DNA from: Ancylonema sp.
Lineage: Eukaryota
Direction of reading: 5' to 3'
Assembly (NCBI GenBank): GCA_050230475.1
Contig: JBFLGF010000010.1
Span: forward strand, 62,001 to 117,657
Length of the DNA: 55,657 nucleotides
Within the stretch, counting starts at the first letter, position 1; each line of letters starts with the position of its first letter. Positions 36,601 through 53,199 of the stretch are shown in pieces. The notes below the pieces were generated by a model. It was not told the origin of the DNA. It saw nothing but the letters and a program-made list of their open reading frames with translations, and ran no database searches. The translations under genes and the position numbers were made by a program.

Positions 36601-37452
36601 TATCGTGGCATTGAATACAACGATTCCAAATTGAAAATATGAAGGATTCCAATCCTTTTTGGGTTCATTGAAGTATTCCTCTCCTAATTTGACAATGACA
36701 CGTCAGTGTCACCATAAGAACTTGGAAAGGGGAGAAAGTATGACATTAAAAAACGACCTCAAACTTTATATCACAATCGTGACTACTTTGTATATCGTTG
36801 TTGCATACTACCTTCACATGTAACCGTAAATTTGTCAATTCTGTTTCGAACGAGACACCTCTAACATTAAGGCTCAAGTACTTATGAAGCAATGATGAAA
36901 TGACGTTACATTAAACATAGGAAACAATTATAGTACAACCCCAAAAACAATGGGAACAATATTTTACAATTACTTTCTATACGGAAGTTCCCACTATAAA
37001 TTAGAAAAAATGACATCAACATTTTCGTGACTACAAAAGTTCCTCCCTATCATGCATTCTACCGCGGATTGACGTAACCATAAAACACCCCTGTGGTGAA
37101 ATCCTAAGTCAAAAGGTAGGGCAACTTATAATTAGATTGTCCACATTCATTACAAATTGGGAGGACCAAAATATATTATCCTAATTTCTAGCTGGCATGC
37201 TTCTAGAATAACTCGACACCCGTTTTTTTTCCCCACACTACATTTCATTGGCCCTAACAAGTAGTAATCAGGCCCTAAAATTATAATATCAGCCCTTCAA
37301 AATGAAAGATTCTCAGTATCAGAGCTACCAATTTTTGATTTTTAGGGGCGCGTTTTCCCGGCCCATTATTAAACCTAACTTACTAAAACTAAAATCTTAA
37401 TAACTAATAGTTAGGGGCTGTATTTTTAACCTTCCCCACGGCCTTAATGGAA

Positions 37453-37716
37453 GGGAGAGACTGCGGGCAACCCCCCTAAGCGGCTGCGGGCACCCCCCTC
37501 CGGAGAGCCCGAAGTTTCTCCCTTTTTAAAACTCCGCATTGGTAGATAAACAAATATTAAAAAAAAAACTAATATAAACTACGTAGTCCCTTCTAATGTG
37601 CGGGATTTTTTTTTTGGAATGTAACCAAAAAATTAGAAGACTTTGATGGGAGAGACTGCGGGCCAGTGAGAGGGGGGTGCCCGCGCTCGCTTAGGGGGGT
37701 GCCCGCAGTCTCTCCA
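37453..37716. mobile_element. Mutator-like MITE
   Basis: TIR GGGAGAGACTGCGGGCA.../...TGCCCGCAGTCTCTCCA. 9-bp TSD TTAATGGAA (37444-37452 and 37717-37725). Confidence 0.9.
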
Positions 37717-37727
37717 TTAATGGAAAC

Positions 37728-38105
37728 CATAGATATACCCGCCCGCGGGCGGGATTTTTTTCGCCCGCCTCCCCCCGCGGGCGGTTTCGCCCGCGAACGC
37801 CGCCCGGCCGCCCGTTCCGGGCGCGCTGAATTTCGGGATTTCAAGAAAGCAAGTTAAAAAAAGCATAGCTTCTAGACGTTTTATGATATTCTTAAAAAAA
37901 AAAACTTCATGTAGATGAATCTATGTAGTTGATATCAATTTTTTTTATTTTATTATTCCGATCAATGTGGAGTTTTAAAAACTGAATACACTAGAACCCT
38001 AAAAACGCTCTATATACCCGCACGCCACGTGGACATTCTCGCCCGCGGGCGTTTTCGCCCGCGGGCGCCGTCCGGCGGAGATTTTGACGGGCGTGTACAT
38101 CTATG
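37728..38105. mobile_element. hAT-like MITE
   Basis: TIR CATAGATATAC.../...GTACATCTATG. 8-bp TSD ATGGAAAC (37720-37727 and 38106-38113). GC-rich subterminal cgcccgc repeats. Confidence 0.88.
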
Positions 38106-38311
38106 ATGGAAACAGCACAAATAGGCACCTGTACCTGGCACCTTTCCAGTGAGGTAAATGCCGAGGGCGACCCTTCACAGTCAATCAACTCAGAGCGCGC
38201 CCTTGTGATTCCACTTTCCGCGCCTTTGCTCCGTGCAGCACTTAGAGGCACGGTAGCTTGGATCGTCGGGCACGTCACACCTGTAATATTCATTTTGCGT
38301 GGCCATTACTC

Positions 38312-42636
<4,325 letters not shown>

Positions 42637-44459
42637 AGGGGGAGGGGTGGTTGTTTAGGGGGGGGGGGGAATGGGTCATGGCATGGGGAAAGAGGGGAAG
42701 GAGGAGGATGGTGCCGTCGCGATGTATCTGTTCTGGTTGCGATATAACAGACTATGAGAGCAACGAGGTATTCGTGGGAAAGTTGTTTTGTGTCAGGGCG
42801 GTTCCATATGAAAGGGTGCCTTTTTTGGATCGTTGTGTATAGGGGTAAGGGAGAAGGGTTGATAGGCACTCAAGATAATACAGGTTGTCGTTATTTAAGT
42901 AGAGGGGTTTAGTTGGAGCGCATTACTCATGGGAAGGGGGATAGGTTTCGTTCTCATAGAATGGGGGGAAGGGGGGGGGGGGCATTCTAAGTGGGTTTTC
43001 AATCCAAGAGGCCAACTCAAAGCGGCCTATTAAATTAGCAGGGTTTTTGTATGTGTGCAAATTAGATTTCGCATCGGGAGCTTGACAAGATCATGTAGGT
43101 GATAACTGTATTACGACGGCTATTTTGGGACTCATGTGTGTGTTTCTATCCAATATCGGGATGCTTGTGCGCGAATGGAAATAAACACGGTTAAGCTTTT
43201 GTGATTTGAAGTGTTGTGGCCGGTGTCGGTGGAGAATGTCTTGAAGAAACGTGAGTGGCTTCGGCACTTGAAATCTAATGTGGAGACGACACTTATGATT
43301 CATGAGACGACCATGAGTTCTCTTTGTCGAGTCTGTAATATTGTGATGCTTCTTCCTACCACGTTAGAGATCGTTCGCAAGTTCGGCATGCAAACCGGCG
43401 AAGATACAACAACTTTAAATTGTAAAGTGTGACTTCACCACGCAATTGCCACACCCTCAAGGTATAGTAATGGTGAGTCGTCATTCAACATGCACGAGTT
43501 GTTGGCTTGTAGGTCAATTAACATAATCAGTCTGATCTGATCGTGTGTGATGGATTATGACACCTCGAACTATGTAAGTGACATACAACTACCGTATGCC
43601 ACTTATTACGAGGAGCATACAGTATACGATCCATGGCAAAAATCGGACTGTTTGGGGGATTGGGGGACGAATGCATCTCAAAGAAGAACGCGGAATGTCT
43701 TGTAACTTTCGACATTTTTTCAACCACATGGATACACAAATCGTTCTCCAAAACCTTGACATCCCTAACCTTGACATCCCCTACCGAAAACGAGAATGAC
43801 ATTGTCAAACAAATTACTTTCTCATGGATGCACATACATACATGTCTACAACCTCGCACGTTGTACACGCTAGGCTAAGACAGAGCTCGTCTCTACCATT
43901 CTAAACAATTTGAAGCTAAGACTCAAATTTGAAGCCTAGAGCACGATGTTGAGGAAGTCTAGGGCCTCCAATGACGTGTCACGATCCTATGTTGCGATGA
44001 CACGTGGGTGCTTTAACAAACTACATGTCTTGGAATAGTGTTGACGAGCATTGTCACTACCTCCTGCCTCTACTAAAGTGAAACAAGAACCATACATAAA
44101 TGGAAACAAACCCACTCGTGGACCCTACTACATTCTGCATCGGTTCTATCTAGACGAACAACAAGTCGCCAACTTGAAAGTCGAGAGAATCCTCGCACAT
44201 CTCGTCTAAAAGTAATAAAGAAAAAATGATTCGCACGACGTCACGACGTGGTGTGAAGAAAAATAAGTGAACCCCATCCGCTCCCGCTCCGAATCCCGTT
44301 GTGCCGTCGTGTCGCAACAAGAATCACTCCTTACAAAGGAAAGCACCTCTTCCTTTCTCATCTTCACAAAAACCCAACCCCCCCCCCGCCCCCGAAAAAA
44401 AAAAAAAAAAAGGAAAAAAAAAAAAAAAGTAAACCGCCTCCCTTGCACCCCTAAGCCTT

Positions 44460-47400
44460 CTACGCTGTTGCCATTTCCTGGAAGATTCTAAGCCTTCTCT
44501 GCCTCTTCGCTTCCAACTCCGCTGCGGTGCTTACCCCACCCCCACCCCCGCCCCCGCCCCCAACGTGCCCCCCAACCTCAGTCTCCCTCCCCCTTTCCCA
44601 CCCCCCCCTGCCCCTCATCATCCCTGGCGAGCTGTGCACGCTCTCCGCCAGCTCAGCAGGGTCGCAGACGACAGCACTGAAATCCAGCCTCTCAGGGCTG
44701 ACGGTGAAGCCCAGGGACGCCCACTGACTGACACCTGGCTTCTCCTTGACAGGTGGCGTCGTCACACGGTTCCTCTTCTGGCTGCCCCCCCCCCCGGGAA
44801 TAGGGGGAAGCCCCCCGGACCCCTTCATCGGCCCCACAGGCCTCCCCATAGCCCCTAGGGGGATATTCTCGATCTGGTCCCAACCGCAGTCTGACAGCTG
44901 GCTCACGCAGCTGTTGCCAGGTGCCCATCGGTCGTTCCCTCCCCGCCCGCCTTTCTGGGGGTACCCCCACCCTGCCCCCCCCCCCCCCCCGTCCAGCCCA
45001 GAGGCTGGGGGGATGGCCTCGTTGGTCCTATCCAGTGTGAGAGGCATCTTGGGGGCCTGGTGGTAGGGGAGGGGGAAGGGGGGGGCGTCCACACGCAGAC
45101 CTGAATTCGCACCCCTCCAAAGCTGCTGCTGCTGTTGCTGCTGCTGTTGGGTTGCAGTAATGGCTTCCAACCTCATTCGTAGGGAGTGTGCGTGCCATGC
45201 GAGGGACTCGGGGGAGGCGTTGATTAGATCGCTGCCCAGCCGCGTGTTCTGGAGGCCCTCCTCGACCACCGCCAGCTCCGGGGTCATCCGCAGGTTCATC
45301 TTCAGGTTCTGGTTCAGGTTCAGGTTCAGGTTCTGGTTCATGTGCTGCTCGATGGTTTGACTCAGGTTGAGGGTGCAGTCGTCGGGCGACACGCAGTCCT
45401 CGGGGGGGGGGGTGGCGTAGTCGTCCTCCCACATCCCCATAGGGGGGGGGTGGGTGTACCGCGGGGCGTAGTGGGGGTGGGGGTGTGCAGCCATGTTCTG
45501 TTGCGCCCGCACGAATTGGTGCGTGGCGCTGGTGTAGAGGGGCGGGTGGGGGGCGTTATACTGCTCGGAAAGCTGGGACAAGCTGATGGACGGGTGGGGG
45601 TGGGGGTGGGGGTGGGGATCGTGGTCGGGGGGGGGGGGGCGGCTGTCGACTGCTGCTGCTGCTGCCACGTGGTGCCCACCTGGCTGCTCGTGCGTGACCG
45701 ATGACGTGGTAGGCTTGGGCGCAGAGGTAGACGACAGGTGGCGCCCCGCCGCAAGCTCCCCCGAATGCGATGCACTTCCTGGCTGGGTGAATGGGGCGGA
45801 GTTGGGGGCGGAGGTGGGGGCGGAGTCCGGGTTCTGCCACATGAAGGCGTCCCATATGTCGTCCTTCCCGCCCTCACCGCCCTTCTCTATTTGCGCCAGC
45901 ATCTCTTGCGCCCTCTCGTACGACTTGAGGTGCGATTCGGACCCCCATCGCGTGTCCCCGTGGGCGTGCGGGGGTACGGATTGTAGCATAGCCTTGGCCT
46001 CGCCGACCCGCCCCTGCTTCATGAGGCAGATGCCCAGATTGCACACCTTGTTCGTGTCGGGCTCGATGGTCAGGGCCTTTCTGAAAGGGGGGGGGGGGGT
46101 AGATGGGAAAGGAGAGGGGGTGAGATGATGTAGGGAGGATGGGGAGATGAAGGAGGAGCAGATGATGAAGGATGTAAACGAGGGGCAGTATGGGCCGAGA
46201 AGGCCATGGGGGATCATTACATTGTACGGAATCGTACCTATACACTGCGTCGGCAGCGCAGTAGTTGCTCTGCTGCATGTAGGCCCAACCGAGGTTGCCC
46301 TGGGGAAGAAAGAAAGAAAAGAAAATAGCGAGAGAATCAGATGGGGAGCACTTCATACCCATCCAAAATGTCACAGAGCCGATCCATAGTGGTACGACGA
46401 TGATGAGGATGTGAGAGGGGACAGAGGAGAGTGGCTTTACCAGCAGGCGTGTGGCCTCCTGTTCGATCGACACCTGGAACTTCTTCCCCTGCGATCGAGC
46501 CGTTTTGGTTCTCTTCCCGTTGAATGCGTTTCCGGACTGAATCATCTCGAGCTTGTGCTGAAGAAGCAGGATCTGGTCGTCCAGCCGCCCGCACCGCTGT
46601 AAAGAGGAGGAGAACGCTGGTGTGAGAGAGAGCTATAGACTCGTTACAACGAACAGAACGGACAGATGGAGGTGGGAAAAAATGTAACAGCAGCATGTGA
46701 GCAGCAAGCCAAGGTAGGGACAAGGGAAACAGTGTCGAAGTGACTGGTTTCTGTTCGTCCGGAGTAGCACGTTGTAAAGAGGGTAGCGCACCTTGTAAAG
46801 GTCGAGCAGCACGTTGTCCAGTGACTCCTGCGCGCCCTCGCTACAGCGCGCGCGCAGCGATTTGATGGCCTCAATGGCCTCCTCGGGGCGGTTCTGCTGC
46901 TTCATCACGATGGCCATGTCTTTCAGCGCGCTGTCCACGCGGTCTCCCGCGTTAATGGCTTTCCAGAAGAGAACGATGGCGCGGTCAGGGTCTTTGTCGA
47001 CGAGCTAGAGGGGAAGGGGGGGGGGGAAGAGGGCGGGGAGGTAAGAGGGTGGTGAGAGGGCGGGGGGTGCAAGCAAGTCGAGGGTCGTGGATTGAGAGGC
47101 GACTCTGTTTTAATTGATTGCGGATCGGTAGTTGGAATGGATGGTATGTTCCGTACTACAGCTATGACAATCAACATCGGGCAGTCATCAGCCTCGCCCT
47201 AGTAACTCAACAGACACGACAGCTGATCCCGGGGTGCTTCTTTGTGCACTTTCTTGATAACGTGAGAGACGAGCTGAGCTGGCAGAACAAACAGCAGCTT
47301 CTGGACAAAGAGCCGGTTTCGGACATAGACCTCCCCACCCACACTGGGCTCACTCCATACTGCTGGGCTCACTACATGGCTGTTTGCAGCGGAAACAACA

Positions 47401-47707
47401 AGACAGAACAAGGAGAAAGGTATCGGTGCAGCACCTGCACATGTTTGGCCCGCACGTACGGACTGTCCCCCACTGGCACTTTGTGGATGACATGGAAGGA
47501 CTCCACACGTGACAAGCTGACTGGAGGAGGCCCAGCGAAGGGACCCTGTCGCAGAGGCAGCTTGACAGGAGAGCACGGAGCTGACTTCGTGCCGCCCCGT
47601 TGCGGCGCGGTCCCCATGCCCCCCTGCTGGTGTGGCAGGGGGCCTGAGTGGGAGTGCATCGAACCAGGTCCGCGGCGGTCGACCCCCTGATCGCCGTGAC
47701 CCCACAT
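44460..47707 (-). CDS. MS5/POLLENLESS3/SDI1-family TPR protein, 5 exons
   Basis: Exons 47707-47435, 47004-46792, 46596-46441, 46299-46238 and 46080-44460. FHVIHKVPVGDSPYVRAKHVQ|LVDKDP...AGDRVDSALKDMAIVMKQ...QESLDNVLLDLYK|RCGR...TKTARSQGKKFQVS...|GNLGWAYMQQ...|...NKVCNLGICLMKQG, with C-terminal RRLRIFQEM. Confidence 0.93.
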
Positions 47708-48319
47708 TGCCACTACTTTCGGAAAAGCAATCCTCAGCCGAGACGTTCTCTTAATTGGCAGGCTTGTTCAAGGAAATCGTAGTGTGGTGGCTCAGATAGG
47801 TGTGAGATCGATGTCGTCCAGATATATCGGAAATATGCAGATAGCCAGCACAGCTTAATAGCTAGCGAGAAGAAGGACTATGCAGACAACACATCAGTTC
47901 GCGGCGGAGAAAGAGTGCACCAGAGTACGATGAGCTCATGTGGTGTGGAGGAACTGTCTGAGGACGAGCTGAAACTCTAGTAACTAAATCTGCAGCTGTG
48001 CTTTGAGGAACTCCCAGCAACGGACATGCCGTTAGCTGGAGTGTGCGCGTTGTCAGCGTTACGGTCAGTGACCGACGGAGGGGACAGAAGTCAGACGTGG
48101 TCCTGGGCGGATGGCCAGTAATGAGCCGTTCAGCAGCAGCGGCCACTGGGCGACTGATCTGGCGGTAGTGGCGCTGGGTGTGTCCGTTGGCAGAGAGGCG
48201 TTGAAATGTTCAAACGGAAGGCGGATGGACGCGTGGCGTGGCGTGTGAGCAAACGGTCACCTTCTGTGTCGGTGGACGTTATATCGAGATTTCGTTTTAC
48301 GGTGGTTTGCAAACGACTA

Positions 48320-48618
48320 CAGTGCAGTCTCGATATAGTGACAAATTTATAGACATGGGAATTTAATCTCACTATATCGAATGCTAGGGCTGTCGCTATC
48401 GTGACATTTGATAGGGCGACAATAGGCAAATGTCACTATATCGAGAGAAAGTAAAATTCAGGTCGATATTTTTAACGGAGGTGGCTCATCCAAACGGCTT
48501 TTGTTTGAACAAGTATAAAGTGTAAGTATAAAGTGTGTCATTAGAGCGATTGTCACTATATAGAGTAGGTTTTTATATAGGATAAGAAAAAGGGCAAAAA
48601 AAATGTCACTATATCGAG
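48320..48618 (-). mobile_element. Internally deleted copy of the pogo-like MITE family (51063-51619)
   Basis: Starts TA-CAGTGCAGTCTCGATATAGTGACA and matches the reverse complement of both ends of the 51063 element. Lacks the middle and the last TIR bases. Confidence 0.85.
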
Positions 48619-49274
48619 CTCATAAGCGTTGGATCATGCGCTCATGAGCGCAGGCATCCCCAAAGTATGCTACGAGCGCAGCTCATGGCATACTCGTTTC
48701 CGGAGAATCCGGGCATTTTCCCGGCGAATTCGACCGGCCAAAACGTTACACTACCGGTTTGATGTACCGGCCGTGTCGTTTGCATGCTACATTTTACGGC
48801 GCCCAGTCGTGATACAGTAAACCCTTGATACAGTGACAATTTTATAGACAGTGGAAAATTACAGCCGTCTATTCAGTCGGCAATCGCTACAAAATTGCTT
48901 TCAGCGGTAGGCGCGGCCGATTCTGCCGGCGGACTAAGCTTCGGTTTCAGGTTCACAAACCTTCACTTGCTTGTTTTCGCCGTAGTCAAACTGCGCGACT
49001 CCATGCCTACAAGCCTTGTTGGCTTCCGTTTTCTATCATGATGCATGTCAGACTTCGACGCCGGTACAGACAGTGAGCGAGGACCGATCAGAGGAAAGCG
49101 AGCCGAGCGGATTCGCTTCTTCGATTTGCGACTTGGAATGCGACTGCGATTTGCGACAGCGACCAACCAGCCAGCCAGCCAGCCAGTGAGCCACCCAGTG
49201 AGCCTGCCAGCTCTCTCTCTTTCTCGCGCTCTCGCAATTTGTCGATCTTCGCGCTCAGTTTTCGACTACCATTT

Positions 49275-49525
49275 TTGCAAATTCTCCTCTTATATTATAG
49301 TATCTAGCTTCCAACAGCAGCTTCCAGGATAGCCCAGGGCAAGCGGAGAAATGTATGCGGTGTGAGCCAACCAGTCGTTCAGATTGCGACTGCAATTTTC
49401 ACAATTTTTCCTCTGATAGTTTAGTTTTTTAAGCTTCCAGCAGCTCCCAGGATAGTTTAGAGCGAGCGGATAAATGTTTGCGAAAAGTTAGCCACCAAGC
49501 CGCTCAGATTGCGAGTGCAATTTTG
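49275..49525. repeat. Tandem ~125-bp duplication with nearby (CCAG)n tracts
   Basis: Two units agcttcca.cagc..ccaggatag...gcgga.aaatgt.tgcg...tcagattgcga.tgcaatttt. Confidence 0.7.
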
Positions 49526-51062
49526 GCCTTAACATAAATAGTTTCGCTACTGTTATGCCTCACCTTTCTGTTATGCGTGACCTGTAATCATAATATTGTA
49601 ATAAACAAACAATCGTCAAGGGTTTATCTTGCAGATCTGAACCAGCCAGCTAGTTAGCCATCGATGATTGCTATGCCTCGCATCTTATATGTCTGTCTGC
49701 GTCTAAATTGTGGCAGACCATAATTATTGTCTTGCAGTGTCCAAAGTACCAACCAAGTTCAATGTTGATCGTGTGCAGCTGGATATTTCTCGCATAAGTC
49801 TAAACCAGCCAGCCATCCAGCCAGACAGCCACACGGCCCGCCAGCCAACTCGCCAGCCAAGATACTAATAGCGTAGAATAGATAACATAAATATGAATAT
49901 AATAACTTGTTCTTTTATGAATAATAAGAATAAAAAAAGAGCTTCAGCTCGAGCGGCTCCACAAGAGGAAAGGGAAAGGTAGTAAACCCCCAAAAAACCT
50001 CGCTAAATCATTTAATGCCAAATTTTTTTGTACTATGTGCTTTAAGGGGAATGGGGGGAGAGTACTAGCAGATCTCCATTCTCCTTTCGGCACATGATCG
50101 CACATCCCCCAGGGATGAGGGTAGATATATATAAGAACTAGGCATGCAAGGGTTGTTGTAGGGGGCCTAACACATGAAATTTAATGTTGCAAGGAACGCG
50201 ATTTTTTTATCCGGTGAAGTAATTGGTGGCCCTCCACTTACTGCAACCTTCAGACCCCTAAGAAACGAAACGACTCTCGCAAAAAAATCCAAAAAATCCC
50301 AGCAAATACGCGGAAATAAGCCAATCACTGCACGACACGACAGCGATGACATGGCAGCCGAACATGGAAAAACGTCGAAATCGTCATAACCGGCGGAATC
50401 AACCAATCAGAGACACCGAAAATGGCTGACGTGTACACAATCGTACAAATGTACGGTCCACGTCAAAGTTATCAAACGGATTTAAAGCGAGTGAATAGAC
50501 TTAGGTCTTAAGAAAATACCTAAGTAACATACCTTGATAACGACCTAGATACAAGTTTCAATTTGTGGAGAAGCATGCAAATGAAATCTCTCATTGAGTG
50601 CATACGCCATTTTTCCGCGATGCCATAAATTGTTATCTCTGTGCTTTCCATTTTTCTACTCTTTTTTTTCGTACCTCTAAGACACCACGGGCTGATTTTT
50701 CCTTCCAATTTTTCCAAATGTGATACACATGAAGAGATGTTGGGAAAAAATAATGTTTTCTGCAATCGAAATGATGTAGTACATCACACATGAATGATAT
50801 GTGAATGTGGTTGTTCTCGCACGGGCTCGTACAAAGGTGGTGAGTCCCGATTTTTTTAGTCGTTTCGAAAATGAGTTTGAAACACATTAATCCATCGGAA
50901 TGGTAATTTTCAGGGGCACCAATGTTTTCAAAGCTAGCGAAAGGTGCAAACACATGTCTACATGAATAACTTAGGTTTAACCTCTAGAGTTTCTAAGTTG
51001 ATAACCCGTGAGAGAATTTTCGGACGTAATTTGCCACCGCCGCGCTGACGTCCAACCGCCTA

Positions 51063-51619
51063 CAGTGCAGTCTTGATATAGTGACACACTGTACAGTGAC
51101 AATCGCGATATAGTGACAATTTTTTTGCCCTTTTTGTAATCCTATATAAAAACCTACTCTATATAGTGACAACAGCTATAGTGACACACGTTGTAGTGAC
51201 CACAAATTCCCAGAATTTTGTATTGTGATGTCACTATACGGGGAAACGTGTCTAAATGTATACAATAAAAGTTAAAAACCTGTCTATTTTAATGCCTAAT
51301 ATTCCGCCCTAATTATTTTAGCCAAAATGTGACGCGTAAATTAATAACCAGTCTAATTTCAATTTTTTTTATGGTTACAACATAAGTCACGTAGACAGGT
51401 TTTACTAAAGCGAGAGAATGTTAAAACAAAAGCCGTTTGGATGAGCCACCTCCATTAAAAATATCGACCTGAATTTCACTTTCTCTCGATATAGTGAAAT
51501 TCGCCTAGTGTCGCCCTATCAAATGTCACTGTAAAGTGTATAGTGACAGCCCTAGCATTCGATATAGTGACATTAAATCCCCATGTCTATAAAATTGTCA
51601 CTATATCGAGACTGCACTG
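51063..51619. mobile_element. Full-length pogo/Tigger-like MITE with TA TSD
   Basis: TA-CAGTGCAGTCTTGATATAGTGACA ... TGTCACTATATCGAGACTGCACTG-TA, with many internal tatagtgac repeats. Confidence 0.93.
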
Positions 51620-53199
51620 TACAACCGGAATGAAAATTAAAAACAAAAGAACTCCGCAAAAAATACACAAACCACCACCGATCCGCCCACCGAAAGACCT
51701 AAGTCCGTCGGTGCAACCGATTCTTGTTTATGCAGTGATGCACCGGGCCGGGGCCCGGGCCGGGCCGGGGCCCGGTTTCTGTACGGCACGTTGTCCGGAC
51801 GGGGCCGAGGGCAATCTGCCGGCCCTGGCAAATGCAAACGGCGTACGGATTTGCCCGCAAACGGCCGGAATACGGCCGTGAAATGCGGCAAACGGGTACG
51901 GACTGTCCGTACATTTCCGTACTAATGACTCCGGATTTAACAAACAGGTAGATTCGGTCGTGAATGTGTACAGAATCTAATCACAACAGGGGATTCGGAC
52001 GGCATCGGGGGATGGGACAGGGTAGTGAATGACGTTCACCCGTTAGATGCTAGATATTTCAGAAAACTGAAAGATTATGTCTCACACACGACAAACATAA
52101 TCTATGATGGAACGGGAGACGGGCTACGGGCCAAGATACGATGGTGGAACCGAAGACACGACAGAATAGGGACGTGCCATAGGACAAAACGACGGGGACA
52201 GGGAAAACACGGGGGAAATTAATGATGATATAAACGGGGATACAACAAACTGACGGGGACAAACTGGTACGACAAAATAGAGAGTCCGCCGGATATAATG
52301 GGTTTACGGCTTAGCCGGGAAGGGGCCTCTAGGTATAAATTTGCGGACGTTTGCGAAATGCAAACGTTTGCAAAAACGTTTGCAACACTTATTCTGTACG
52401 TCCGCGTTTGCAAAACGGCGTTTGCAGACATTTTTGACGTCCCGGTGTATCCCTGTGTTTATGTGGTCAGCTATTTCCTTATCTACAGTCAGAAATGTGG
52501 ACACATATTAATTTTTTAACAAACTTTCATCACAAGTTGGAAGGGAACGTGACGTGACTAAATAAACTACCTTTTGGTATATGCTACTCTCGTAGCATAT
52601 ACAAAAAAAAACGAACTAAATTCAATAGGTGAGAGGTTACCTCAGTTGCTAACCTCAGTTCATGGCATACATTCCTCATTGATCTTATGGATTTCTCATA
52701 GGCCTATGACATTTTCATATGCAAATGTTATGCTTAATCAAGACACAACATTTTGAATGCAGATCACACAACACGAGTGAAAGCTTACGACACACTTCAT
52801 AGTTCAAAAGCCATTACCCTCAAACTTCTAAGCTAGGCAACTCGTAAGGCAATACACAAAGTTCCGTAAGGCAATACACAAAGTTTAGGAAAACAAACAT
52901 CGAGATGATTGCTACACTCGAAAACCCAAGCTCTATGATACAACACACATATCACTTGCGTGTCTAAGTGACTCACTAGCCTAGTCACGATAATCCCCAA
53001 GATTACAACACTTACAAAAAATCACCAATTTCAAAATAAACGTGCTCCTATCGTAACAAGAGCTCGCATCCATCCGATCACTAACGACTGAGTTCGACGC
53101 GTCTATAGATTCAATCTGGAAATGTGTGTAAGCATTGACAATTTCAAGTTACAACTGTGGACAACAAAAATATAAATCTAAAAATCAACTAAGGACTCC

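Noticed and set aside
44527..46128. Numerous overlapping antisense and alternative-frame ORFs
   Set aside because: These are shadows of the GC-rich TPR gene exon, with no recognisable domains. The same applies to ORFs overlapping the GRAS, RPN2 and LPEAT2 genes.
51735..52460. GC-rich palindromic and cgtttgc/gggac repeated motifs suggesting another DNA transposon
   Set aside because: A candidate left end (CAGTGATGC) exists, but no matching TIR or TSD could be identified.
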